Part shown: positions 9,488 through 19,873 of the stretch, in pieces
Numbering within the stretch: position 1 is the stretch's first letter
Layout: each line of letters opens with the position of its first letter
NCBI GenBank assembly: GCA_038142325.1
Contig: JAYQJW010000002.1
Span: forward strand, 384,001 to 448,000
From: Gammaproteobacteria bacterium
GTDB lineage: Bacteria > Pseudomonadota > Gammaproteobacteria > GCA-002705445 > GCA-002716945
Reading direction: 5' to 3'
DNA: 64,000 nucleotides
Position numbers and translations under genes: made by a program
The notes under the pieces: generated by a model
Databases searched by the model: none
Told to the model about the DNA's origin: nothing
Seen by the model: only the letters and a program-made list of their open reading frames with translations

Positions 9488-11039
9488 ATGAAAACTTTAA
9501 AAAATGATTGGAAGCTAGGAGCTGCAGTCGGGACAGCGCTGTCTCTAGGCTCTGCTGGCGCAATCGCAGGACCACACGGGTTCGATCTTCATAACGTATT
9601 GCATGGTGCATCAGCTTCTATGGCTGGTACATCTATTGCTCATGTTGAAGATCCAGTATCTGCTGTGTTTGGTAACCCTGCAACATTAACAACATATTAT
9701 GGTGGTACTAACTTTATGTTTGGTGCTACTTTCTATATGCCACGTGCAACAATGAAACATGATGGATCAGCTGGTTACGCTGTGTTGGTGAATTAACTCA
9801 GCTGGTCTTGATACATTGGTTACAAACAGATGGTTCAAACAAACTGGTGATGCAGCTGGTTCAGACTATTCTTTTGATTCTACATCAAAAGCTGATGTTT
9901 ATGCTGTACCCAAAGTAGCTGTAACTCAAGACTTATCTGGTCTTGGTATACCAGTTGTACTTGGTGTTGGTGTATCTGCAACATCAGGTATTGGTGTTGA
10001 TTACAAGCACACATCTAATTCACTTAGGTGCAGCTGCTGAACTTATTAACTTAGGTGTTAACGCAGGTATAGGTATGAAAATGTCTGACACATTAGACGT
10101 TGGTGTATCTATGACAATTACTTACGCTATGTTAGAAGCTGGTCTTACAGGTTCTGGTGGTATGACTCATGACATTGGATTTAGAGGTACTATTGGTGCT
10201 CGTAAAAAATGGGTCCTGATAAAATGACAGTTGGTATGTACTATCAAACAGAACAAGAGCATCAATATGATAATATTCATGTAACAAGTATGGATGGTAC
10301 AAAGCTACAATTTACATCTCAAACCAGATGGCTGGTAGCTATCTGTTACATCTGGTGTAATCAACAGGCAAATGTAATGGTGATAACTGGACTGGTGTAT
10401 GTAGACAAGACGTTGAGGTTCAACAACCTTGGAATGTAGGTATTGGTGTATCTATGGATATGGGTAATAACTTACTTGTTATGGGTGATGTTACACACAA
10501 AAATGGTCAGATGCTAAATTCTTTAATGAATTTTATGATGATCAAAAGTAATATCTAGTTAGGTGTACAAAAAACTATGGGTAACTTAAAACTTACGTGC
10601 TGGTTATGGTTATGCTGATGATCCTCTACTAATCACAAGTTAAAGTTGGTCAAGAAATTAGCAACTATTGGTGGTGTAAACTCTAAATGGTGCTGCATAT
10701 ACATCACCAATGTATGGTCTATTTATGTCATATTTCCAAGCTATGGAAACACCTGTAATCTACAAGCACAGAATTGCTGTAGGTCTTGGTGTTGAGAACT
10801 TCTTAGGAGTTCCTTTCTTAAGTCTTGATACACATGCTGCTGTGCAGCTTGAAGAAGATAAATGTTTTGGATCTGGTCAAGCAGGGTCAATCATATCGAT
10901 GGTTATAACAACAATGCTAGCTATTGGTACAGCATCAGGCTGCTGGTTTAGCAACTCAGATGGTTGTACAGCAGCTGATCATACAAAAGCAACAGTTTCA
11001 TCATTCCACTTAGGTGGTGCTTTAACTTGGAGCTTCTAA
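9488..11039 (+). CDS. FadL/TodX/XylN-family outer-membrane channel for hydrophobic substrates; many frameshifts between 9780 and 10900
   Basis: Signal peptide, GASASMAGTSIA..DPVSAVFGNPA hatch motif, alternating beta-strand patterns in the fragments, and terminal GGALTWSF (C-terminal Phe). Confidence 0.8.
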
Positions 11040-11055
11040 GTTAAATGATGATTAC

Positions 11056-11119
11056 GTATTACAATGATGTAATACAAAAAAGAATTGAAGAGGAGATTTA
11101 TTTCTCCTCTTCGATGTTT
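11056..11119 (+). terminator. Two hairpins between the porin gene and mtoX; the second is terminator-like
   Basis: GTATTACA-ATGA-TGTAATAC, then GAAGAGGAGA/TCTCCTCTTC followed by TGTTT. Confidence 0.6.
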
Positions 11120-11149
11120 AATATTAAACAATAAAGGAGCGCGCAAATA

Positions 11150-12511
11150 ATGAAAAAACTTATATCAACTTTATATGGTATGTTGATGTCAGCTTTTCTT
11201 GCAGTAGCACTTGTACCAACACAAGCATTCTCTGATGAGACATGCATGTCACCATACATGGCTAAAATCGTAGGCCAAGAGGACTATGTTTATGTATGGA
11301 CTTTAGGTCAAGTGGGCGTTGGGGATGAACAAGATAAATTGGTTACAATATCAGTTAATCCAAACTCTCCATACTACGGACAAGTAATTGGACACGTTTC
11401 TGTCGGTGGACGTAATGAAGCTCATCATTCTGGATTTACAGATGATAGACATTACCTATGGGCAGCAACACTAGATACCAGTAAAATTTTCATATTTGAT
11501 GTTCATACAAACCCAAATAAACCTAAACTTCATAAAGTTATAACAGACTTTGTTAAAGCTTCAGGTGGGATTGTTGGACCACATACAACATATGCGTTAC
11601 CAGGAAGAATGATGATTTCTGGTCTTTCTAACAACCAAGACTTTGGTGGAAGAACTGCACTTGTTGAATATACAAATGATGGTACATATGTAGCTACATA
11701 TCACATGCCACATGATGAAAATTTATATGGTGCTGTCAAAACAGGTCAAATAGCAGACGGTTATGGATATGATATTCGTGCATTACCAAGACGTAATGTC
11801 ATGATTACATCTTCATTCACTGGTTGGAATAATTACATGATGAACTTAGGTAAACTCATGGGTGATTCTGAAGCTATGAAACGTTTTGGTAACACAGTAG
11901 TAGTTTGGGATTTACATTCACGTAAACCTAAAAAAGTATTTGATGTTCCAGGTGCACCACTAGAAATTAGATGTGCATGGGGTTCACAAAACAACTATTG
12001 CTTCACCACAACTGCATTAACCTCACAAATTTGGTTAATTTATGAAAAAGATGGTGAATGGAATACACAATCTGTAGCGACAATTGGCGATCCTGCTAAA
12101 ATTCCGCTACCTGTAGACATCTCAATTACTGCAGATGACAAACATCTATGGGTAAATACATGGAATGATGGTATGACAAGAGTATTTGATATCTCTGATC
12201 CATTTAATGCTAAAGAAGTGTATACACACAAAATTGGTGACCAAGTAAATATGCTATCTCAAAGCTGGGATGGTAAACGTGTTTACTTCACATCATCACT
12301 ATTAGCAAACTGGGATAAAGCTGATGGCCCAGAAAAAATGCCGCAATTCTTTAAAGGATATCACTATAAAGATGGTAAATTAGATCTTCAATTTACAATT
12401 GATTTCCTTAAAGAAAAACTAGGCTTACCACATCAAATGAGATTTGGTGCATATTCTTTATATGCTAAATCTCCTAAAGATGGAGCTAAAGTAGCAGAAC
12501 TTTCTAAGTAA
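11150..12511 (+). CDS. mtoX: Methanethiol oxidase (SELENBP1/SBP56 family, periplasmic, Cu/TTQ)
   Basis: Signal peptide then DETCMSPY...GQEDYVYVWTLG, EAHH and GPH. Trp motifs TGWNNY and ANWDK (candidate TTQ residues). Followed by SCO/MauG as in characterised mtoX loci. Confidence 0.93.
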   Translation: MKKLISTLYGMLMSAFLAVALVPTQAFSDETCMSPYMAKIVGQEDYVYVWTLGQVGVGDEQDKLVTISVNPNSPYYGQVIGHVSVGGRNEAHHSGFTDDRHYLWAATLDTSKIFIFDVHTNPNKPKLHKVITDFVKASGGIVGPHTTYALPGRMMISGLSNNQDFGGRTALVEYTNDGTYVATYHMPHDENLYGAVKTGQIADGYGYDIRALPRRNVMITSSFTGWNNYMMNLGKLMGDSEAMKRFGNTVVVWDLHSRKPKKVFDVPGAPLEIRCAWGSQNNYCFTTTALTSQIWLIYEKDGEWNTQSVATIGDPAKIPLPVDISITADDKHLWVNTWNDGMTRVFDISDPFNAKEVYTHKIGDQVNMLSQSWDGKRVYFTSSLLANWDKADGPEKMPQFFKGYHYKDGKLDLQFTIDFLKEKLGLPHQMRFGAYSLYAKSPKDGAKVAELSK

Positions 12512-12573
12512 AGTTCTGTCTAAGTTATTAGACACCTCATTGGTGGTTAATAACGTGAAATGGCTGAACGTTG

Positions 12574-12606
12574 AGGCCGCTTAAAGTTACTTTGAGCGGC
12601 CTTTTA
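12574..12606 (+). terminator. Rho-independent terminator after mtoX
   Basis: AGGCCGCTTAAAG/CTTTGAGCGGCCT stem followed by a short T run. Confidence 0.8.
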
Positions 12607-12687
12607 CTTATAAAAATAAAGGTTGTTTGCTCCTTAAAATAATCTACAATATTAGAATATTAGAGAATATTAAGGATATTAAGAGAG

Positions 12688-14673
12688 ATGTTAAGGAGAA
12701 TTTTACTTTTACTAGTAATGCCACTTGCAGTATCTGCACAAGAGGTAACATATGATAATTCTGTTTTAGCTCCTGGTTGGACAAGCCTTACTTTTACACC
12801 GCCTTCACCATCATCGTATACATTGGCAAGTTTTTCACCTGCTAAAAATGGAGATGTTATAAATCAACTAGAAGAAAAAATATCATTACATGACTTATAT
12901 GATGGCAAAGTTACACTCCTCAATTTTATGTATACAACTTGTACTGATATTAATGGCTGTCCGCTTGCTACAGCAGTATTTCACAAGATTCAGCAAAAAC
13001 TCTCAAAGCAACCAGAAATTGCTAAAAATGTAAGATTACTCAGTTAAAGATTTGATCCTAAAAACGATACACCTGAAATAATGAAACTTTATGGTGCAGG
13101 CACCGAAAAACATCTAGTTGATTGGCAGTTCATTACAACAAAAAATGCAGATGTACTCGATCCTATTTTGGACGGGTATCAACAAAGAATTATTAAAGAG
13201 TATGACGATCAAGGCAATTATATTGGATCCATATCACATATACTTCGCGTGTTTCTAATAGATGAGGAAAAGCAAGTTAGAAATATATATAGTGTCTCGT
13301 TTCTTCATGCAGATTTAATTATCAATGATATTAAAACACTTCTAGATCCGAATACAAAAAATGGAACTCTTGTTGCAGCTGCTGATACAAGTTCAAAACT
13401 AGATGCAGTTAAGTCTCAAACATCTAAGTTATCAAAACCTGGTGATAATAAAGATGGTTATTATGACACTGATTATGAAAGTGCCAGCAAAAGCTTGCAT
13501 CGAGCTGGAAAACCAGCTGATTTATACACTATGGCAACAACAAAGCAGCTTGGTTTGCCTAAACCTAAGTTTCCTGAGGGAACCGAATTAACACCTAAGA
13601 AAATTGAACTAGGGCGTAAATTATTCTTTGATAGAAGGCTATCACACACGGACACAATTTCATGCGCAATATGCCACGTACCTGAGATGGGCTTTGCTCA
13701 TAACGAACTAGCGACAGCAGTTGGAACAGAAGGTAGATCTGTCCCTAGAAATGCACCAACAGTTGTAAATGCCGGATTTTTGTCAAGATTTTTCCATGAT
13801 GCAAGAGAAAATTCACTTGAAGACCAAGTCTGGGGACCTTTACTTGCTCACAATGAAATGGCTAATCCATCACCAGGTTATTTGTTAAATAAAATTAAAG
13901 CTATACCAGACTATGATGGCCTTTTTGAAGATGCTTATGGAGTAGGTCCAAATATGGATTCTCTAAGTAGAGCGTTAGCAGCATATCAATATGCTCTGGT
14001 TAGTGGAAATTCACCATTTGATAAATGGTATTATGGAGGTGAATCTAGAGCTATTTCTAAGTCTGCAAAAAGAGGGTTTGAAATATTTAAAGGAAAGGGT
14101 AACTGTGTTGCATGTCATCTAGTCAATGATGAATATGCTCTATTTACTGATGAAAAACTTCATAACACAGGTATTGGTTTTAAATCATCAATGTATGTAG
14201 AACCACCAAGGAAAAAAGTTGTTCTAGCTCCTGGAGTTGAAGTTGATGTCGATACTTCTGTATATGCAAATGATTCAAGATTTAAAGATGAAATTAAACC
14301 TAATGATTTAGGACTTTATCTTATTACTCAAGATCCAAATGACCGTTGGAAAATTAGAACACCGCAGCTTAGAAATGTAGAACTATCAGGCCCGTATATG
14401 CATAACGGACAATTATCTACTCTCAAAGAGGTTGTTGAATTTTATAACCAAGGTGGCGTTACAGAGGTTGGAAGAATGAAAAATGAGACTATTAGTCCAC
14501 TAATATTCCCTCTAAATCTCTCTGAGCGAGAAGTAGATGATGTTGTAGAATTTCTAAAAACTTTAACTGGGTCTAATATGGACACATTAGTTCTTGATGC
14601 ATTTGCTGCACCTGTTGGAGACGTATCTCTTAAAGATCCTAACTGGTTCCATGACAATAAACTTAAGTATTAA
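12688..14673 (+). CDS. mauG: SCO1/SenC - MauG (di-heme cytochrome c peroxidase family) fusion, MtoX maturation; frameshift near 13045
   Basis: SCO part: FMYTTCTDINGCP, FDPKNDTPE and SHILRVFLID. It runs in frame into LGRKLFFD, CAICH, RNAPT, CVACH and PYMHNG. Confidence 0.88.
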
Positions 14674-14674
14674 T

Positions 14675-15232
14675 ATGAAGTCAAAACTTCTATGTAGTGC
14701 CTTTATATTGGCGCTTTCAATAGTCCATTCTACTCATGCAAATGATATGCTAATGGATCCTATGCCTGCGGCGAAACCTGCACCTGATTTTAATTTGATA
14801 GGGATGGATGGAAAAACTCATTCACTTGAAGATTTAAAAGGTAAATTCGTGCTAGTTAACTTTTGGGCTACATGGTGCAATCCCTGTAAAGTAGATATGC
14901 CTCTTTTGGAAAAACTACATCAAACACTTAAAAGCGATAAGTTTACTGTCTTAGGTCTTCATGTAGGTCCTGGTCCTGAAAATATTGAAGAATTTAAAAA
15001 GCTTATGCCAATCACTTTTCCTATATATGTTGACATGGATCTTGAGGTTAACTGGGGTGTTCCAGGATTACCCACAACATTTCTATTAAACCCTGAAGGA
15101 AAACTAATCTATAGAGCTGTAGGTAAGAGAGAGTTTGCATCTGATCAAATGATTAATTTCTTATCTAGTCAGATTGAAAATTATGATTTTGCGCAGTCAG
15201 AATCTAGTGATTCAATCTCATACAACAAATAA
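14675..15232 (+). CDS. TlpA/ResA-family thiol-disulfide oxidoreductase, exported
   Basis: APDF, VNFWATWCNPC and GLPTTFLL motifs; signal peptide from ATG 14675. Confidence 0.9.
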   Translation: MKSKLLCSAFILALSIVHSTHANDMLMDPMPAAKPAPDFNLIGMDGKTHSLEDLKGKFVLVNFWATWCNPCKVDMPLLEKLHQTLKSDKFTVLGLHVGPGPENIEEFKKLMPITFPIYVDMDLEVNWGVPGLPTTFLLNPEGKLIYRAVGKREFASDQMINFLSSQIENYDFAQSESSDSISYNK

Positions 15233-16009
15233 CTCTATCAATTCTTTTTTTGACTTAGTTCCAAAATACCTTTGAGGATTTTTAGAGGAGATAATATTCT
15301 TATTGAGAATTTTATTGATATTGAGTCGATAGAAATTAAAAAAAGTCAGATCTGTTTTATTTGCCTTTATATAGTTCTTACAAATAGACCTGTCTCTAGT
15401 AATAATAGTTGCCCTTCTTGCTTTTTTACAAAAATTCTTACCTATCCTACCTAGAATGGTTATAGATCCAGATATCATTTCAAGACAAGAATCATCTCCT
15501 AAACTTCCACCGATTATAACATTACCTCGGCGCATTCTTATTATTGAGCTTGAGCCTACATTTTTTTGTACGTATATAAAACCATCAACCAATCCTTGAT
15601 TTTGACTTGTCGGCATAGAGCATAGACCATTTCCAACACTACCATAAACTGAGACTGAACCACCTCTCATTCCTGAGCAGGCATTATCACCAGCGTTACC
15701 TTTTAATATAATCTCTCCACTATCCATATTTTTTGCAAGACCAAATCCAACATTTCCCTCAATCAAAATCTTTTTATTTTTAAGATTATGACCAATATTA
15801 TCAAGTCGGTCATTTGAATTTGTAATTTTAATTTCGTTGTGATCATTGCCTGATACAATAAATAGTTCGGATACTTTGCATAATTTATTGCCATAATTGA
15901 TTTTGATATTTTTAAGTTTCGTTACATCATCAGATTTGATATTACTAAGCCAGCTCATATCAAGACGATGTTTACTATTTATTTTAAATTTTAAACTTAG
16001 AGCGCTCAT
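15218..16009 (-). CDS. fhcC: Formyltransferase/hydrolase complex subunit C
   Basis: GXGXG beta-helix repeats (GNAGDNACSGMRGG, MRRG); last gene of fhcBADC. Confidence 0.9.
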   Translation of the reverse strand: MSALSLKFKINSKHRLDMSWLSNIKSDDVTKLKNIKINYGNKLCKVSELFIVSGNDHNEIKITNSNDRLDNIGHNLKNKKILIEGNVGFGLAKNMDSGEIILKGNAGDNACSGMRGGSVSVYGSVGNGLCSMPTSQNQGLVDGFIYVQKNVGSSSIIRMRRGNVIIGGSLGDDSCLEMISGSITILGRIGKNFCKKARRATIITRDRSICKNYIKANKTDLTFFNFYRLNINKILNKNIISSKNPQRYFGTKSKKELIELFVV

Positions 16010-16902
16010 TTGAGTATTTTTCTTAGATGAAAGTGATGCTGTCCTAGCTTACCACCATAATTTCCTGCAGAGACAGATACTATGTCTTTACTATATTTGG
16101 ACTTGGATATCGCTATTAAAGATTCTTTTATGCCTTTATTAATATCATCAGCAGATAAACCATTAATAACAATCTCCATTACACAATTCACATTTTTATT
16201 CAATTTACTTCCTGTAATTCCACTTAGAGATGGGCAAAAGGCATCATTAGTAGATGCTATCAATGCTTTATACTTTGAGCCAACTTTGGAGCCTGAACGA
16301 ACGACGCCACCTGGAAATGGTGTAATTATATTTTCTATTTTACTCATTACATCAACAGCTACCTCACATGCTGCTTAACACGAGCTTCTATTTTTTGACA
16401 GCAATAAAAAGTTTCCACCACCTATTGCTGGTACACGCCCAGTCATCTCTTCACACATGAATTCTCCATCCATTACGGGAATCCTCCAGAATCTTTTACC
16501 CTGAATCTTTTTTGAAATTTGGTAACCATCGCCAAAATATTTAAGGTTTTTTCCAAGAGGTATCATATCCTCGCTTTCAAGCCCAGAAAATAGAGCAGTC
16601 GTTGGACATGTTAAAATACATTGGCCAGCTCTTGTTTCTATTTGTTTTTCTAATTGACTACGCGACATTGAAAAAGCAAGTATTGAATACCCTGGTCTGC
16701 CGTCAGGCGTTTCGTTTTTACCTAGTTTTTTTTCTATTCCAGCTTCAATACCACATGCAATTACAGATGTAGCAAAACCTGTAAATGATAAAGCTGCATT
16801 TTTTGCCCACTTCTCATTGTCTGCAGTAACAATTACTCTACTGGCTTTCATATTGAAAGCTTCAGCAAATGTGTTTTCTATTAACATGCCATTTATTTTC
16901 AT
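16006..16902 (-). CDS. fhcD: Formylmethanofuran-H4MPT formyltransferase (Ftr/FhcD); frameshift near 16370
   Basis: IENTFAEAF, TGFATSVIACG, TPDGRPG, GQCILTCPT, PFPGGVVRSGSK and AGNYGGKLG. Confidence 0.95.
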
Positions 16903-18554
16903 GAAATTCTCTTTCTAGAACAATCAATTATATTTACATCTGAGCCAATAATTTCAGACATCTCATCATTACTAATCATATAATTTGATAATCCAATAGT
17001 ATGATACTTATCAAAATATTTTTTCAATTTCTTTTCAAAAGATAAATCATATTCAGGCCTTACAACTTGAGTTTTCCCCCAAACATAATCTTTAATTACA
17101 CCATTTTTTACTACAACATTACCATCTTTAATTACATGAGTGGGTTTTGCGAACATTTCCTCAACATCTTTAATGGTGCTGTCATAGACAGTTATATCTG
17201 CATCGGAATTAATGCTTAAAGAACCTTTATTTGTTAGCCCCAATATTTTAGCCGGTGCAGATCTGGTCATTGTCGCTATTTCTGATAATGTGTACTCTCT
17301 TTTTATGTCTTTGAGAATTGTGTGTTCTGAAATATCAATAGACATCTGATCGAGCAAATCATCTCTAAACGTTTTATCCATTAAGAGTTTTATTAGATGT
17401 GGGTATGAGGTAAATGGAGCTCCATTAGGATGATCTGTAGTAAGAAATATTTTTTCAGGATCTTCGGTTAATAGAAAAGTTTCTAAACCTATAGCCCACT
17501 GTAACGCATTCACAAAACTTTGATCCGTATATTTAAATGGAACTACTCCACATCCAGCTTCGCATTCTATGTCCATGCATAACCATTTATCTGGATGAGC
17601 ATGACTATGATTAGCATGTTGTTTCATACTATCACCTGACATAGTAGCTGTTTGTCCAAACAAGACTTGACCGACATCACATGTAAGATTAGGAATTTTG
17701 TTTACATATTCTGTTATTTCTGCTGATGCGGATGAGAAGTTTCTATCTCCATTATTACCATAGCTATGAAATTGAATATGCGTTATATGCACTGGAAGAC
17801 CTTCAGCTGCTTTGATGGTTTCAATTGTAGACTTAAAGTTGCCAGGTACACCTAAGTTACTACAGTGAACATGTAAAGGGTGGGGCACACCTAATTCATA
17901 AACAGCTCTAGCTAAAATACGCACAATCTTTCTAGGGGTTATTTTATATCTTATCGAATTCTCATCTACATTTAATGCTCTTTGATTAAACTTAAATGCA
18001 TTAATGCCGCCAGGATTAACTACCTTGATGCCTATGCATTGTGTTGCTTTAAGTATAAATGCTACATAGTCATTAATCTCGGATTGATGTGCTCCTCTAG
18101 ATATCAAATCAAGAAGGAAATCATCATTGCCTACAAGAGCATATCCTCCTTTATCTATAAATGGAGTATCAGCCATCTCAGCGTGTGATTGTCTGGCGTT
18201 GATAGGTAAGACAGCTGGTTCAAAACATGAAGTATAGCCCATCTTTATATATTCAAGACCTGTTTTCAGTGTGCTTGGAACAAAGTCAGCTGTCAAATCA
18301 AAGTCATTATCATAATTATTGTGAAATTCTTGCAACATTAATCTTGCAATATTGACCTTACCACCACCGATATGAGTATGTAAGTCGATAGCCCCTGGCA
18401 TAACAATTCTATCAGTACAATCGATTATCTCTGGCTTTTTTGAACTTAGTGATTTTACAACTTTACCATCTTCAATATAAATATCCTTTTTCTTATTAAA
18501 GACTCGATTACAAGGATCAAATACTTTACCGTTTTTTAAATGTAGACTAGTCAT
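16899..18554 (-). CDS. fhcA: Formyltransferase/hydrolase complex subunit A (amidohydrolase)
   Basis: IDLHTHIGGGK, KVVNPGG, HCSNLGVPGN, HIQFHSYG and TTDHPNG. Confidence 0.95.
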   Translation of the reverse strand: MTSLHLKNGKVFDPCNRVFNKKKDIYIEDGKVVKSLSSKKPEIIDCTDRIVMPGAIDLHTHIGGGKVNIARLMLQEFHNNYDNDFDLTADFVPSTLKTGLEYIKMGYTSCFEPAVLPINARQSHAEMADTPFIDKGGYALVGNDDFLLDLISRGAHQSEINDYVAFILKATQCIGIKVVNPGGINAFKFNQRALNVDENSIRYKITPRKIVRILARAVYELGVPHPLHVHCSNLGVPGNFKSTIETIKAAEGLPVHITHIQFHSYGNNGDRNFSSASAEITEYVNKIPNLTCDVGQVLFGQTATMSGDSMKQHANHSHAHPDKWLCMDIECEAGCGVVPFKYTDQSFVNALQWAIGLETFLLTEDPEKIFLTTDHPNGAPFTSYPHLIKLLMDKTFRDDLLDQMSIDISEHTILKDIKREYTLSEIATMTRSAPAKILGLTNKGSLSINSDADITVYDSTIKDVEEMFAKPTHVIKDGNVVVKNGVIKDYVWGKTQVVRPEYDLSFEKKLKKYFDKYHTIGLSNYMISNDEMSEIIGSDVNIIDCSRKRIS

Positions 18555-19801
18555 TAATGAATTATTTGCCTGAGAATTTCTTGCACGCTTTTATGAAATG
18601 GAATTCTGATTCTGGATAATGGCAAGCTAACAACATTGTCAGTTCTAAATATATGTCCTTTAGAATCTATTCCTGGCACACTGCTCGGGATAAAGACATC
18701 GGGCTCAATATTAAATTTTGTGGCTGGATGGCCAATAATTATATTTTTTTGTTTTTTGTCTAAAAATAACTTTTTGTCAGAAATAGCATTGATATGTATA
18801 ACAAGGTCACAACAATTCATATTAATGAGCTTATTAGCATTATTTGTATCTTTGTCATACTCAAAATAATTTCCAGTAAATTTTACCCTGGAAGGGAAAC
18901 CTGTTATCCACCCAAGTGTTTGCACATGACTTACATCACCGTCATTTCCAGCAAGAGACATGCAGCCCGCTCTTTTTGTTTCGTTGAGAGATGTAATAAA
19001 TTCTGAAATATCATAGATTATTTGATCACATTCTTTGTATTTCGTAAATTCAGAGGTTGACCACAACAAAGATAAGTATTTTGATTTATCTATGCTTTCA
19101 AGAAGTAGTTTAGATTTAAGATTTTTAACCTTAGGATGTTTTGATTTATCCTTCAAGCATTGAAGAAATGATGATGCCTCTTTGTTGTTAAAATCAATAA
19201 AGGTAATTCTCGTGTCTCTTAGATGGCAATTTTTCTTGTTAGTTTTTTCATTTCCAATAATAAATATTTTTTTATCTTTAGGATTTATACTAAAGCTATT
19301 TTTAGTCGCTAATACTTTTTCAATTAATCTTGGATAGCTTTGGAGTACATTATTTGAAAAAAGTAATACTACATCAGATTTATTTTTGATTTCTGTTAAG
19401 GAGGTAGCCATATATCCTCGTCTCTGATACAGAGCTACATTTTTTAAAAATTTGTCGCTATTTGAATGATCAACTATTCCATTGATTTTAGATGCAGTAC
19501 CCAATATCTCACGTGTGATATTCACATCAGAGCTATGATTAACAAGGATAGTTTCTTTTGAACTATTGATGAGTTTTTGACAATAAACATTCGCTTTATT
19601 GCCATCAACAGATTTTCCTAGAATTTTTGATTGAGATATTTTATTTTCTTTGAAATTAAACATTTTGTATTTATCCTCGCATACTTCAGGCAAGTCACTT
19701 TTTATAGATATTTTTCTGTCATTAATCTCTAGATTAATATCATCGCAATGAAGCGAGCAAAATGGGCAAACAATATTTTTATGACTAATGGAATCTGACA
19801 T
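18554..19801 (-). CDS. fhcB: Formyltransferase/hydrolase complex subunit B
   Basis: CPFCSLHCDDI, EIKNKSD, WITGFP and PGIDSKGHIFRTDNVVSLPL. Confidence 0.9.
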   Translation of the reverse strand: MSDSISHKNIVCPFCSLHCDDINLEINDRKISIKSDLPEVCEDKYKMFNFKENKISQSKILGKSVDGNKANVYCQKLINSSKETILVNHSSDVNITREILGTASKINGIVDHSNSDKFLKNVALYQRRGYMATSLTEIKNKSDVVLLFSNNVLQSYPRLIEKVLATKNSFSINPKDKKIFIIGNEKTNKKNCHLRDTRITFIDFNNKEASSFLQCLKDKSKHPKVKNLKSKLLLESIDKSKYLSLLWSTSEFTKYKECDQIIYDISEFITSLNETKRAGCMSLAGNDGDVSHVQTLGWITGFPSRVKFTGNYFEYDKDTNNANKLINMNCCDLVIHINAISDKKLFLDKKQKNIIIGHPATKFNIEPDVFIPSSVPGIDSKGHIFRTDNVVSLPLSRIRIPFHKSVQEILRQIIH

Positions 19802-19873
19802 TTTTGGTATAAATTATTTTACATCAATAATAAATAACTTTACATGTATAAACATTAATATATCCTGTTTTTT

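Noticed and set aside
11150-12511. Generic selenium-binding protein
   Set aside because: The signal peptide, conserved Trp/His motifs and adjacent SCO-MauG indicate the methanethiol oxidase subfamily.
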